DNA of 32,000 bases from Promethearchaeum syntrophicum (GCF_008000775.2 NZ_CP042905.2:1410001-1442000); one strand, 5' to 3'. Numbered from the stretch's first letter, positions 9,762-19,753 are shown. The notes: a model not told the origin generated them from the letters alone. Made by a program: numbers and translations.

Positions 9762-11774
9762 ATGATTTTAATATTAAACATAATATTCTTTCTTTGTTGG
9801 TTCTTGTTTTCTATTAGTCCGGGGATTATTTTATTTCATTCGCTTTATCACAATGTTGAGAGAATAAAGATTACTTACTTACCATGGTATTTTTCATTAG
9901 GGGTCTTAATTACAACGCTTTTAACTTTATTAATATATCTAATTGGTTTTTATAGTATCTTTGGAATTGTATTATTAATAATTATATTTGATTTTACGAT
10001 TTTGATTTTAGATTATAGAAAGAAAGGGGCAGATTTCTCCAATAATCCATTGAAATTTTGGATAAATAAATACTTTAAATTTGAGAAGAAATTTGATAAT
10101 CAAAAATTAAAGCTGATAAATAGAAATTCTATTTTATCAGGGTTTTTATTTATCTCTGTTTTAGGAGCAATATTTTTTATTATATTAAAATCTAAATACC
10201 CTCAACTTGATACATGGTATTATTATCATATGATTATGGATTTAATGAATTTAAAAATCGATATAATCAAAAATTTTCAAATCTATGTTGATTCCATTTT
10301 AAACTCAAACTATATATCATTTTACTTATTAATGATATTATCACCATTTTCATATAATTTTCATATTATAATTCTGACATATATTTTTCCATTTATTCAA
10401 ATTTTTTTATTAATGTTAGTGATTAAATATATTTGTAATAAAATTTTGAGAATTAAACCTTATTTATCGTATTTAATCTTCTCTGCTAGTGGTTTTTTAA
10501 TAACATGGATGAGTTTTACTTTACCCTCATCAATTTGTATTATAGCTCTTTTACTTTTTATTATCGAAAAATATTATAAAGATTTTGGTGATAAAAAACT
10601 AGTTATATTAAATTTATTTTTAATATTTTTATTTCACAGACCAACATTTTTTATCTTAACTATTGTATTTCTTTTATTTGAAAGCAAAAATATTGTAAAA
10701 ATGATTAGAAAAAATAAGAAAAATTTAAAGATCTTTTATTTAATAATTTTTTCATCTATAATTACATGTATATTATTGCAAATTTACTTTCAGACTTTCA
10801 CTTTGCTATTTTCACGAATTGGTGGAACATTATCGGAAGAGAAACAGGCTGTATTGATTCCTCCAACATTTAGTGAATGGGTTTTGAAGATGTCAGGTGG
10901 ACCAATTATTTTCATTTTTAGTATACTTTATCTTGTTTTTATTTTGATTGAAAAAAAGAAGCATCTTGAATCAAAAATAAGATTTTTAAATTTTCTTTAT
11001 TTTTATATGATTTTTCTAATTATTATTTGTATTTTTAATCCTACGTGGGCGCTGATATCAACTCTTCCTTATAATTACTATAGATACTTTATTTATATAG
11101 AATTATTTATGCTCATAATTGCCCCACAATCAATATATTATTTTTTTAATATGTTGAGAAACTTCGATTTTAAAAGAAAAAATTCATGGAGAAAAATAAA
11201 GAATTATACAATGATATTGATTATTTTTCAGATATTGACCATTTCCATTTTTCATTTCTCAAATAATTATAACTTTAATTATTATAATACATTTACACGT
11301 GAGAACCGTATTAAAGCATGTGAGTGGTTAAGAGATAATACAGAAGAAGATTCCATCTATTTAATAATCCCAAATCGACAAATTGTTTGGGAACATCGAT
11401 ATTTTCGTGCAATTTTATATGATCGACATATAGTTAATTATAATGATTATTATTATACATTTGGGAATCAAGATAAAAATTCAACAGATTTTCTCGATAA
11501 TTTTAAATCATTTTTGATAAATGGCACTAAGTTTCTAATCTCGACTGGTATAACATTAATAGAAAATAGTTCGATGACAACTGATTCAATAAACTATCTT
11601 ATGTTAGATTCAATTTCAGATTATCATTTGTATTCTATTCTACTTAATGATACTGATTTTACTATGATTCAATCTTTCCCAACTGTTGAAACACTGAATC
11701 GGAATTTTGATGATAGACTTTACATCTATTTTAACATTACAATATTTGCATTCAGAGAGAAATTAGCTTTGTAA
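9762..11774 (+). CDS. Large polytopic membrane protein, putative GT-C-fold glycosyltransferase-like, with C-terminal extracytoplasmic domain
   Basis: 670 aa, many TM segments; acidic/aromatic motif 'PQLDTWYYYHM' in the first predicted ectoloop; C-terminal soluble part 'ENRIKACEWLRDNTEEDSIYLIIPNRQIVWEHRYFRAILYDRHIVNY'. Shares motifs with the ORF at 31111..32000. Confidence 0.6.
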   Translation: MILILNIIFFLCWFLFSISPGIILFHSLYHNVERIKITYLPWYFSLGVLITTLLTLLIYLIGFYSIFGIVLLIIIFDFTILILDYRKKGADFSNNPLKFWINKYFKFEKKFDNQKLKLINRNSILSGFLFISVLGAIFFIILKSKYPQLDTWYYYHMIMDLMNLKIDIIKNFQIYVDSILNSNYISFYLLMILSPFSYNFHIIILTYIFPFIQIFLLMLVIKYICNKILRIKPYLSYLIFSASGFLITWMSFTLPSSICIIALLLFIIEKYYKDFGDKKLVILNLFLIFLFHRPTFFILTIVFLLFESKNIVKMIRKNKKNLKIFYLIIFSSIITCILLQIYFQTFTLLFSRIGGTLSEEKQAVLIPPTFSEWVLKMSGGPIIFIFSILYLVFILIEKKKHLESKIRFLNFLYFYMIFLIIICIFNPTWALISTLPYNYYRYFIYIELFMLIIAPQSIYYFFNMLRNFDFKRKNSWRKIKNYTMILIIFQILTISIFHFSNNYNFNYYNTFTRENRIKACEWLRDNTEEDSIYLIIPNRQIVWEHRYFRAILYDRHIVNYNDYYYTFGNQDKNSTDFLDNFKSFLINGTKFLISTGITLIENSSMTTDSINYLMLDSISDYHLYSILLNDTDFTMIQSFPTVETLNRNFDDRLYIYFNITIFAFREKLAL

Positions 11775-11945
11775 CTAATAACCTATAATGATGAAATTGC
11801 ATTCAGATGTAGCTATGTGTATCTTCTTAATCGATTAATAAAAAGAAAAGTGTCTCAGATATAAACTAAAATTATTAATTAATATTGAAGAGGAAGTTAA
11901 TTGCGGAGGAAAGAAATATAATGAATTGGATAATTTTCTTATTCA

Positions 11946-12278
11946 ATGAAAGTATAGATATATGGTTTTTATAACCCTAATTATCCAAGGAATAGAATAT
12001 TGATAAAAGGATTATAAAATGATGGTGTTAAAATATATGAAATTAATGAACCATTTAAACAATACTATAAACTTAGCTTGCAAAATTTAAAGAACTTATT
12101 ATGGGTTACTTTTAAAATAATAAAAAAATCATTTAATCTTCCAAAAGTTGATTATATTATCATTTTATATCCTGGTTTTAATTCATTTTTTTTAGCAAAA
12201 TTCATTTCTAAATATAAATTATTATCAAAATGTCAATTAAATAAATTTCATAAAAACGTGAAAGCTACGAATATTTAA
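11946..12278 (+). pseudogene. Decayed 5' fragment of a GT4 glycosyltransferase; partial duplicate of the gene starting at 14978
   Basis: Translation MKV*IYGFYNPNYPRNRILIKGL*NDGVKIYEINEPFKQYYKLSLQNLKNLLWVTFKIIKKSFNLPKVDYIIILYPGFNSFFLAKFISKY matches the intact protein at 69 of 90 codons by hand count. In-frame TAG at 11955-11957 and TAA at 12015-12017; similarity is lost after about 12215. Confidence 0.85.
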
Positions 12279-12384
12279 AAATACAAACAAAGTGTTTGGG
12301 ATAATTTGGCAAAATATTTTTATTTCAAATTGCTAGATTCTTTAAATTAATTAATACGAAAAAATTCTATTATTATGGAATATA

Positions 12385-14667
12385 TTGAAAAAGAAAAAAA
12401 AAAAAATTTTTACACTGATTATTGTTATCATATTTTTAACTATATCTAAAGAATTTCCTAGAATACTACCAGAAATGGAAAATTTTCAAGGAAAAGAAAA
12501 TTCAAAAATTCAAAATAACTACGAAAATCAAGATATTTTAACTAATTCAATAAAAAGATTAATTTATTATCAAAACGCAACAGTAGATCTATCATATTAT
12601 TATTATCCGAGTGATAATTTTATTTGGGATCAAGAAGAAAACGCCTTTTATTCAGAATCAAGTGATTTACAGTTTGAAAACCAGTTACCTTTCACAGATT
12701 ATGGTTTTGAACTTAATATTATAGCTTGTAAGAAATTACTGTCATCTAATGCATCAATTTCTTTTTATGATTATTTTAAGAGAAATGTTTATTTTTCAAT
12801 TTTTTTTTCTCAAATTATGAGAATTGAAGCAAATTCAGAAAAATGTTCTAAATCTTTTACGATACTTTATGATTTAAACAGTGATTATGTCCAAATTCGG
12901 ATTAACTTTCATGATTCTTTGTTAAATGTTTGGATTGAAGGAGAAAAATATGGGCAATTCGAACTTATCGATTTTGCAGCAAACCAATTAAATACTCTTA
13001 ATATTTCAGCCAATCTTTCAATTAATGCCATGAATATTTATAGTTACATTAATGATTGCCAAGAGCAATCAAACCCAATATATAATTATGATGTATTGGT
13101 TAATGATTTTTTGATCAAAAATGCATATCAATCACTTAATTTTCAGAATGAGGATGGATCTTTTAAAGATGGATTTGATGCATATAATAAATCTGGTTAT
13201 TCAATTTCAATCACATCTATGGAAATAATAAAAAGTTACTATGCCTTTCTCATAACTCATGATAATTTCTTGTTAGAATCTGTGAATAAATCTGTTAATT
13301 ATCTAACTAATAAATCATTCTTAATTAATACCTCATTTGGTCTTTCTTATGGGGAAGGAACATCTTTAATCAATGATTTAGCTAGACCATTAATTGGTTT
13401 AGTCTATATTGGTATCTTTGAGGATCGTTTAGGTTATAATAATTTTCCTAACTTGGTTCCTTTCTTAGATGATATTGTTCAGTCAATTATTTATAACGAA
13501 ACAATGGCAAGTATTTTAAATGTAAATGAATGGAATTCTCAAAACTGCATTAATCAACAATTTCAAGCATCTACAGTAATTTATTTATGGGCTATGACAC
13601 GAAATTTCACGAATGTTCATGAAAATCATAGAAAACTGATTCATAACTTTTTAGTGCAATCCCAAAATGATGATGGCTCTTGGAACTATTTTGCAAATTA
13701 TATTGGTTATGAAAAAAAACCTCTATCTTTTGTTTACAATATTCATATTTTGTTTTCATTTACAATGATAAAGTTTTTCTTTCCAAATGATCCTATTTTC
13801 TCTAATTCTACAATATTAGCGTCAATTAATCAGTTTATACAATGGATAGAGTACTTACTCCCCAGTTTTGCATATAATACGAACTATTATGGGGATATAA
13901 AACTAAATATTGATTATAATTATGAAAAAGAATTCCATCATATCCTTGGATTTGCAGGAATTCGTTTTTTTGACGAATTCTTAAATAATAAAAGCATGAA
14001 AAATTTACCATTTCAGATGTTTTATGATAATTTCTTGATAAAACCTGAAACTGTCGATTATCGTGAAGGGATATTAAGTAGTAATTCACTTATTGATGCT
14101 CTTTCTTATCGAATGTTTTTATTCTTCAATTCTACAGAACTATATGAAATACATATAAGTGATGCAGATAGAGATGCTGATGGCGATGGACTCTTGGATG
14201 GTGATGAAGTTTCTCTATATTATACTTCCCCCTTCTTAAATGATACCGATGGTGATGGGCTCTTGGATGGTGATGAAGTTTTTTTATATTATACTTTGCC
14301 CCTCTTAAATGATACTGATGGTGATGGGCTTTTGGATGGTGATGAAGTTTTTCTATATTATACTTTACCCCTCTTAAATGATACTGATGGTGATGGACTT
14401 TTGGATGGTGAAGAAGTTTTATTATACTTTACTTCTCCTCTCTTAAACGATACCGATGGTGATGGGCTTTTGGATGGTGATGAAGTTTTAATATATAAAA
14501 CAAATCCTTGTATTAAAGAAAGCTTTGGAACATTATTTCTAATCTTTTTAAAAGAATCTTGGCAAAGTATGATAATCATTTCGGTATATTTGTCATTAAG
14601 CCTATTTGTTCTCACTAATAAAAACCTAAGTGAAAAATTGAAATTAAGAAAAAATTTCACTTATTAG
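12385..14667 (+). CDS. Secreted/membrane-anchored surface protein: N-terminal signal/TM, predicted alpha/alpha-toroid (prenyltransferase/terpenoid-cyclase-like) repeat region, five DxDGDG calcium-binding-type repeats, C-terminal TM helix
   Basis: 760 aa: 'IFTLIIVIIFLTIS' N-terminus; 'YQSLNFQNEDGSFKDGFDAYNKSGYSISITSMEIIKSYYAF' and 'LIHNFLVQSQNDDGSWNYFANY' resemble toroid repeats; 5x 'DTDGDGLLDGDEVxLYYTxPLLN'; terminal 'SMIIISVYLSLSLFVLTNK'. Start codon is TTG (uncertain, next to a poly-A run). Confidence 0.7.
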   Translation: MKKKKKKIFTLIIVIIFLTISKEFPRILPEMENFQGKENSKIQNNYENQDILTNSIKRLIYYQNATVDLSYYYYPSDNFIWDQEENAFYSESSDLQFENQLPFTDYGFELNIIACKKLLSSNASISFYDYFKRNVYFSIFFSQIMRIEANSEKCSKSFTILYDLNSDYVQIRINFHDSLLNVWIEGEKYGQFELIDFAANQLNTLNISANLSINAMNIYSYINDCQEQSNPIYNYDVLVNDFLIKNAYQSLNFQNEDGSFKDGFDAYNKSGYSISITSMEIIKSYYAFLITHDNFLLESVNKSVNYLTNKSFLINTSFGLSYGEGTSLINDLARPLIGLVYIGIFEDRLGYNNFPNLVPFLDDIVQSIIYNETMASILNVNEWNSQNCINQQFQASTVIYLWAMTRNFTNVHENHRKLIHNFLVQSQNDDGSWNYFANYIGYEKKPLSFVYNIHILFSFTMIKFFFPNDPIFSNSTILASINQFIQWIEYLLPSFAYNTNYYGDIKLNIDYNYEKEFHHILGFAGIRFFDEFLNNKSMKNLPFQMFYDNFLIKPETVDYREGILSSNSLIDALSYRMFLFFNSTELYEIHISDADRDADGDGLLDGDEVSLYYTSPFLNDTDGDGLLDGDEVFLYYTLPLLNDTDGDGLLDGDEVFLYYTLPLLNDTDGDGLLDGEEVLLYFTSPLLNDTDGDGLLDGDEVLIYKTNPCIKESFGTLFLIFLKESWQSMIIISVYLSLSLFVLTNKNLSEKLKLRKNFTY
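14173..14517 (+). repeat. Five tandem 69-bp units encoding a 23-aa DxDGDGLLDGxE (thrombospondin type-3/EF-hand-like) repeat
   Basis: GATGGYGATGGN cores at 14179, 14248, 14317, 14386 and 14455, exact 69-bp spacing. Units 2 and 3 encode identical peptides and differ at only 4 synonymous positions by hand alignment. Confidence 0.93.
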
Positions 14668-14977
14668 ATTTAAGGATGTTTTTTTTGAAATTCTTTCTAA
14701 TAATTTCTTGATTATCTTTTCTCTTAAAACCTGCAACCCTTTATAACAAAAACTTAAAAAAGAACCATATTAAAATAATTTTTATATAATAAAATTACAA
14801 AATAAACCTTTAGTTCTCAAAAAAGTATATTGTTTTCCTATTTTTTTATTCTTAGTTATTTGCATGTTCTGTACTGAAAAATAATTAGCTAGTAATCTTA
14901 GATATTTGATAAAGTTATTAAAAGATAGTTAAGGGGGAGTAAAAAAAATTTAATGATATCAATAATTATCTCATTCA

Positions 14978-16117
14978 ATGAAAGTTTGCTTATTTGGTTT
15001 TTATAATCCAAATTATCCAAGGAATAGAATATTGGTAAAAGGGTTATATAATAATGGAGTTGAATTATATGAAATAAATGAACCATTAAAACCAAACTAT
15101 ATACTTACCTTCCACAATTTAAAGAGCCTATTATTTGCTACATTTAAATTGATAAAAAAATCATTTAATCTTCCAAAAGTTGATTATATTATCAATTTAT
15201 ATCCTGGTTTTAATTCATTCTTTTTAGCAAAATTTTTTTCTAAATATATCTTCCATACTCCTTTAGTTTATGATCCTTTTATATCTCTCTATAATACTTG
15301 GGTAAATGACTATAAAATTCTAAATAGAGATTCTATTTCTTCAGTTTTATTAAGGGTTTTTGAGAAAATTACATTTGATAAATCAGATATACTATTAGCT
15401 GATACATATCATCATAAATATTATTTTTCAGAAGAATATAAAATACCACTTTCAAAGATTTTTAATATTTTTATTGGGGCTGATTCTCAAAAATTTTTTC
15501 CAATAGATCCAAAGAATTTTGCTCTTAATGAAAAATTTTCTAAGAATAAAGGAAAATTTATTGTAAGCTTTATTGGGGGTTTTATTCCACTTCAAGGTAT
15601 AGATTTTATATTAGATGCTGCGAGGATCTTAAATCCTTATAAAGATATTATATTTGAAATAATTGGGGGAATAAAAGGAAATTTACTATTTGAAAAAGCG
15701 AAAAAATTTAAAAAAATACATCAATTGAATAATATAATTTTTTATAATTTTCAACCTCTTGATGAGTTAAAATATTTCATAAATCGTTCAGATATACAAT
15801 TAGGAATCTTTGGAGAATCCTTTAAATCAAAGATTGTAATACCAAATAAGGTATTTCAGGCAATTGCATGTAAAAAAACAGTAATAACTGCAAAAACTCC
15901 CGCTATAAAAGAACTTTTTACTGATGGTAAAGATATAATTCTATCTAAACCAAAATCTGGAAAATCTCTTGCATCAAAAATTTTATTTCTTTATGAAAAT
16001 CAAAATTTAAGATTAAAAATTGCACAGAATGGTTTTTATACATATAAAAACCTTTTAACACCTAAAATTCTAGGATTGAATTTTAAATTTTTTCTGGAGT
16101 CTAATTTAAATGCATAA
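14978..16117 (+). CDS. Glycosyltransferase family 4 (GT-B fold)
   Basis: 379 aa: 'MKVCLFGFYNPNYPRNRILVKGL', 'FIVSFIGGFIPLQGIDFILDAARIL', 'GIFGESFKSKIVIPNKVFQAIACKKTVITAKTPAIKELF'. Confidence 0.87.
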   Translation: MKVCLFGFYNPNYPRNRILVKGLYNNGVELYEINEPLKPNYILTFHNLKSLLFATFKLIKKSFNLPKVDYIINLYPGFNSFFLAKFFSKYIFHTPLVYDPFISLYNTWVNDYKILNRDSISSVLLRVFEKITFDKSDILLADTYHHKYYFSEEYKIPLSKIFNIFIGADSQKFFPIDPKNFALNEKFSKNKGKFIVSFIGGFIPLQGIDFILDAARILNPYKDIIFEIIGGIKGNLLFEKAKKFKKIHQLNNIIFYNFQPLDELKYFINRSDIQLGIFGESFKSKIVIPNKVFQAIACKKTVITAKTPAIKELFTDGKDIILSKPKSGKSLASKILFLYENQNLRLKIAQNGFYTYKNLLTPKILGLNFKFFLESNLNA

Positions 16118-17627
16118 CCATGTGTCTTCCTCATCTAAGAATAATAGTCTATATAAATCAGTTATTGTGATCACAAGTTCTAAAATTATAACTCAACTGA
16201 TTTATTTCTTAGGAAGATATGTACTTCTCATAAATTGGATGAATGAAGAAAGCAATGTAGATTTCATTATCTTTTTTCGATATAGTGAAATTTTTTATGC
16301 ATTTATTTTAATTGCTCCTATTGTAATTCCTAAATTTCTAAATGAGGAAAAAAAAGAGGAATTTGAGAAAATAATTTCTCCATCTCTCTCAATTTTTCTA
16401 ATCAATTTATTAGTAATTATTCTAGCAATTGTAATTTTTGCTTTTTTTTTAAAATCCCAGATTCCTCAAAATTATTTGATATATTCTATCTCTTTATGTT
16501 TTTCGACAGTAAGTTTGGGATTAATGAAATATTTTGAGAGTATTTTATATGGTTTTAGAAAAAATAAAGAGATAATTGCATTAAATATTGGATTAACTTT
16601 GGGTTTCTTATTATCAATTATGATTTTTCATTATTTTTTTATTCTTTCTTTATCTGAAGCCATTATATCATATATAATTGCTAATTTTATTGCTATGATA
16701 ATAGGCTATATATTTTTAATCAAAATCAAAAAAAAATTAAAAGCAAAAATTTCATATTTTCACTTTAAAAAACAAAAACAAGATTATAGAGACTTAATAA
16801 TTCTTGCATCACCAATTATGTTAAGCGGATTAGCTTATATTATTAATTTTAGAATAAGTACTCTGTTTTTACAAGATTTTCCTGATGAATATGTTATTTT
16901 TTTTGAAATATCTTCAAGTTTAATAATATATATAATTGGATTTTTAGGTATTCCAATTCATGATGCAGTTTTTCCTTACCTAAGTTACTCTTATAAGGAA
17001 AAGAATTTTAAAAATATCAAGGAGATTTATTTTTCTACACTTTTTATAATTAGCTCAACATTATTAGTAGCTTTAATAATTTTTTTTTCTTATATTGAAT
17101 TTTTTGTTTTAATTATTTATCCTGAATATCAAAATGATCTTTTTTACAACTCTTTTAGAATTTTAATTATTGGGGGCTATTTCTATGTTTTAAATCAATT
17201 TATTGCAAGATATCCTGTTGCAGACGGAAATTCCAAAATACTCTTTTATAATCAAATAGTTGGTGCATCTGTAAATATTATTTTTATTATTTTCTCCACC
17301 TCTTTTAACGATTATAATTTCTTGCTTTGGGGTTTCACTATTTCTAATATAACAATGTTCATCGTTTATTTTATTGATTTTTGTAAAGTTTCCTCCATCT
17401 CATTAAAGAATTCTAAAATTTTGGAATTGTCTATCAGTTTTTTTAGTCCATTATTTATATTTTATCTTCTTAAAACAGTGAATATCAATCAAATTCTAAG
17501 CGGGATTATTGTTATATCGTTATATTTTGCCTTGTTAGTTTTATTTAAGATACTAAGAATTCATCAAATAAAAGAAATATTTTCAGTTTTCCTGTTTTCT
17601 AAAAATAAAAGTAAAGAAAAAAAATAA
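16110..17627 (+). CDS. Polysaccharide flippase/exporter of the MOP superfamily (Wzx-like), second copy in window
   Basis: 505 aa multi-spanning; 'SSKIITQLIYFLGRYVLL', 'LGLMKYFESILYGFRKNKEIIALNIGLTLGFLL', 'GIPIHDAVFPYLSYSYKEKNFKNIKEIYFSTLFI'. Overlaps the upstream GT4 gene by 8 nt. Confidence 0.78.
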   Translation: MHNHVSSSSKNNSLYKSVIVITSSKIITQLIYFLGRYVLLINWMNEESNVDFIIFFRYSEIFYAFILIAPIVIPKFLNEEKKEEFEKIISPSLSIFLINLLVIILAIVIFAFFLKSQIPQNYLIYSISLCFSTVSLGLMKYFESILYGFRKNKEIIALNIGLTLGFLLSIMIFHYFFILSLSEAIISYIIANFIAMIIGYIFLIKIKKKLKAKISYFHFKKQKQDYRDLIILASPIMLSGLAYIINFRISTLFLQDFPDEYVIFFEISSSLIIYIIGFLGIPIHDAVFPYLSYSYKEKNFKNIKEIYFSTLFIISSTLLVALIIFFSYIEFFVLIIYPEYQNDLFYNSFRILIIGGYFYVLNQFIARYPVADGNSKILFYNQIVGASVNIIFIIFSTSFNDYNFLLWGFTISNITMFIVYFIDFCKVSSISLKNSKILELSISFFSPLFIFYLLKTVNINQILSGIIVISLYFALLVLFKILRIHQIKEIFSVFLFSKNKSKEKK

Positions 17628-17812
17628 TTGTTATTTATCATATCTTTCTAATTAAAAAATTGATTTATGTGCTATTGAGTGTTATCTTATAGATATTTAG
17701 TATTTTTTGATATGATTAATTCCCTTCCTGCTTTACTATATATTTATTCGGCTCCGAAAGTTATAATAGAAAAAATATTTAATGGAAGAAAATTTGGAAA
17801 AATAGAAAGAAG

Positions 17813-19753
17813 ATGATTGAATATTTACCCCATTCAATATTTGAAATAATTTTATCCTTTATTATCTTCCATGCAAATGGCTTTATTCTATTTAGACTCC
17901 TATTTAAAAAATATTCTAATACAATACTCCAAAATAAGAAATATTTTCTATTTTATTGTAATATTGTCTTAACGAGTATTTCTTTCAACACTATTATTGG
18001 CTATTTTATATATTATCTAATGCCAAATAATGTTAAATTTTATAATATTATTCTATGTATTTTCTATTTCTTATTTTTCTCAAAAGAAATTTATAATTAT
18101 TATAATGAACTAAACAGAAATGAATTTTCCAAAATAGAAATCAAATCTTTTCTCTATAGAATAAAAATGAATTTTTTTTATAATCTGAAAAAAAAAAAAA
18201 TAATTAACTTTTTATATTTCTGTATCGTTTTTTATTTTCTATATTTAGCATTTAACCTATTCAATCGAAATGCTTTTGAATATTACAATGTGCCAATGAT
18301 TGACACTCTTGATACCATGTATTTTATGCAAAATGCTATAATAAAAAATACATTCAATTTTGAATTGTTAGCAAGTTATTATCCTTTGGGGTTTTATTTT
18401 AATATGATTTTTTTAAATATTCATACTCCCACAACGGTTTTTTGGTATATTAGATATTTTTCTATTTACCTTTCTCTTTTCAACTTATTCATTCTATATG
18501 GTTTGTTCAAAAGAATGACTAAAAATAGATGGATCCCATTTATTTCTATTTTAATCTTCATTTCATCTAATTCCATTATTGGTACAGCTATATATACCTA
18601 TGCAAACAACTTAGGTTTTGTGATCTCAATTATTACACTAATGAATGTGATTGAAGATGATATTTCAAATCCAAAATTTGTTGGTATGACTTCAATTGTT
18701 GGTATTTTAATTCATACAATTTGTGGAGGGTTTTTAATTCCCGCGATAATTTTGTATTACTTATTTAATTCAAAAAATAATAAAAAAAAAAAAAGAGATT
18801 TACGTATTATTATGACCTTTTTTTTTTGTTTTCTTATTCTCTTTTCTATCTCCTCATTACCTGATATATTAAATTCTATTGGAAATAAAATTTCTAGTGG
18901 AGTGGGTGATAATATCCCAAATACAAATTTAGGAATTCAATGGGATTTTTCAGTAGATTTTGAAAATTCATTATATTATATATTGTTTTCAGGAATGAAA
19001 TCATATTTCCATTATTGGATATTTTTGTATGTATTTGCTATTAAAAGATATAAAAAATATTTACCAATCATACTAACGCTTACTTTTGAAGTAATGATTT
19101 ATTATTTCTTACCTATAACCATAAATGGAGTATGGATTAGAGATATTTTTTCTTTTTATTACCCGTACTTCCGTTATCCTTTTACAGTCAATTTTTTATG
19201 GAATTTTTCAATAATTCTAGGATTAGAATCTTTATATTCAATAATAAAGAATATTTATAGAAAACTGAATGAAAGAATGGTATTGGATTATAGATACAAT
19301 TTTGCTACTTTAATGAATAATTTTAAAGTAGAATATTTTCTAATTTTTTTTATAATAATTTCTACATATAACTATATTCCCTACTATAATGCAAGTCAAA
19401 GGTTTGCCATTCTAAATAGAAATAGCCATATCCCAATTGGTTATCAAGAATGTTTGCTTTGGACAAATTATGAAATTGGAAATATGAATGATGTAGCGAT
19501 ACCTAATTCTTTATTTTCGCATTCTATCGAAGTTTTGAATAGATATTACGTAGCAACCGCAGTTTCATTGAATTTAATAAAATATAACTATTCAAATGAT
19601 ATCAGTAGCGATCTAATAAATTCTGTTGATTTCATAATAATCGATAAACTTAACTATAATTCGAATCTAAAACCTAAATTTACTTATGTTGAATTAGAAG
19701 AATTATTTTTATCCATCGATGGTAATTATTATGTGTTAAGAATCACCATTTGA
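17813..19753 (+). CDS. Large polytopic membrane protein, putative GT-C-like
   Basis: 646 aa; multiple TM segments; 'NVPMIDTLDTMYFMQNAIIKNTFNF' acidic loop after an early TM; C-terminal extracytoplasmic domain 'IGYQECLLWTNYEIGNMNDVAIPNSLFSH...'. Same overall layout as the 670-aa and 735-aa ORFs. Confidence 0.55.
   Translation: MIEYLPHSIFEIILSFIIFHANGFILFRLLFKKYSNTILQNKKYFLFYCNIVLTSISFNTIIGYFIYYLMPNNVKFYNIILCIFYFLFFSKEIYNYYNELNRNEFSKIEIKSFLYRIKMNFFYNLKKKKIINFLYFCIVFYFLYLAFNLFNRNAFEYYNVPMIDTLDTMYFMQNAIIKNTFNFELLASYYPLGFYFNMIFLNIHTPTTVFWYIRYFSIYLSLFNLFILYGLFKRMTKNRWIPFISILIFISSNSIIGTAIYTYANNLGFVISIITLMNVIEDDISNPKFVGMTSIVGILIHTICGGFLIPAIILYYLFNSKNNKKKKRDLRIIMTFFFCFLILFSISSLPDILNSIGNKISSGVGDNIPNTNLGIQWDFSVDFENSLYYILFSGMKSYFHYWIFLYVFAIKRYKKYLPIILTLTFEVMIYYFLPITINGVWIRDIFSFYYPYFRYPFTVNFLWNFSIILGLESLYSIIKNIYRKLNERMVLDYRYNFATLMNNFKVEYFLIFFIIISTYNYIPYYNASQRFAILNRNSHIPIGYQECLLWTNYEIGNMNDVAIPNSLFSHSIEVLNRYYVATAVSLNLIKYNYSNDISSDLINSVDFIIIDKLNYNSNLKPKFTYVELEELFLSIDGNYYVLRITI

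Noticed and set aside
13835-14089. 84-aa minus-strand ORF
   Set aside because: Lies wholly inside the well-supported 760-aa ORF and has no family-like features.
14358-14660. 100-aa minus-strand ORF with 'SPSKSPSPSVSFKRGE' repeats
   Set aside because: Exact antisense shadow of the DxDGDG repeat region; the apparent repeat is caused by the sense-strand tandem repeat.
11775-14977. Transposon insertion carrying the surface protein gene between the two GT4 copies
   Set aside because: No transposase, terminal inverted repeats or target-site duplications were visible; duplication plus decay explains the observation more simply.
14898-15095. 65-aa minus-strand ORF
   Set aside because: Antisense to the start of the GT4 gene, no recognisable features.
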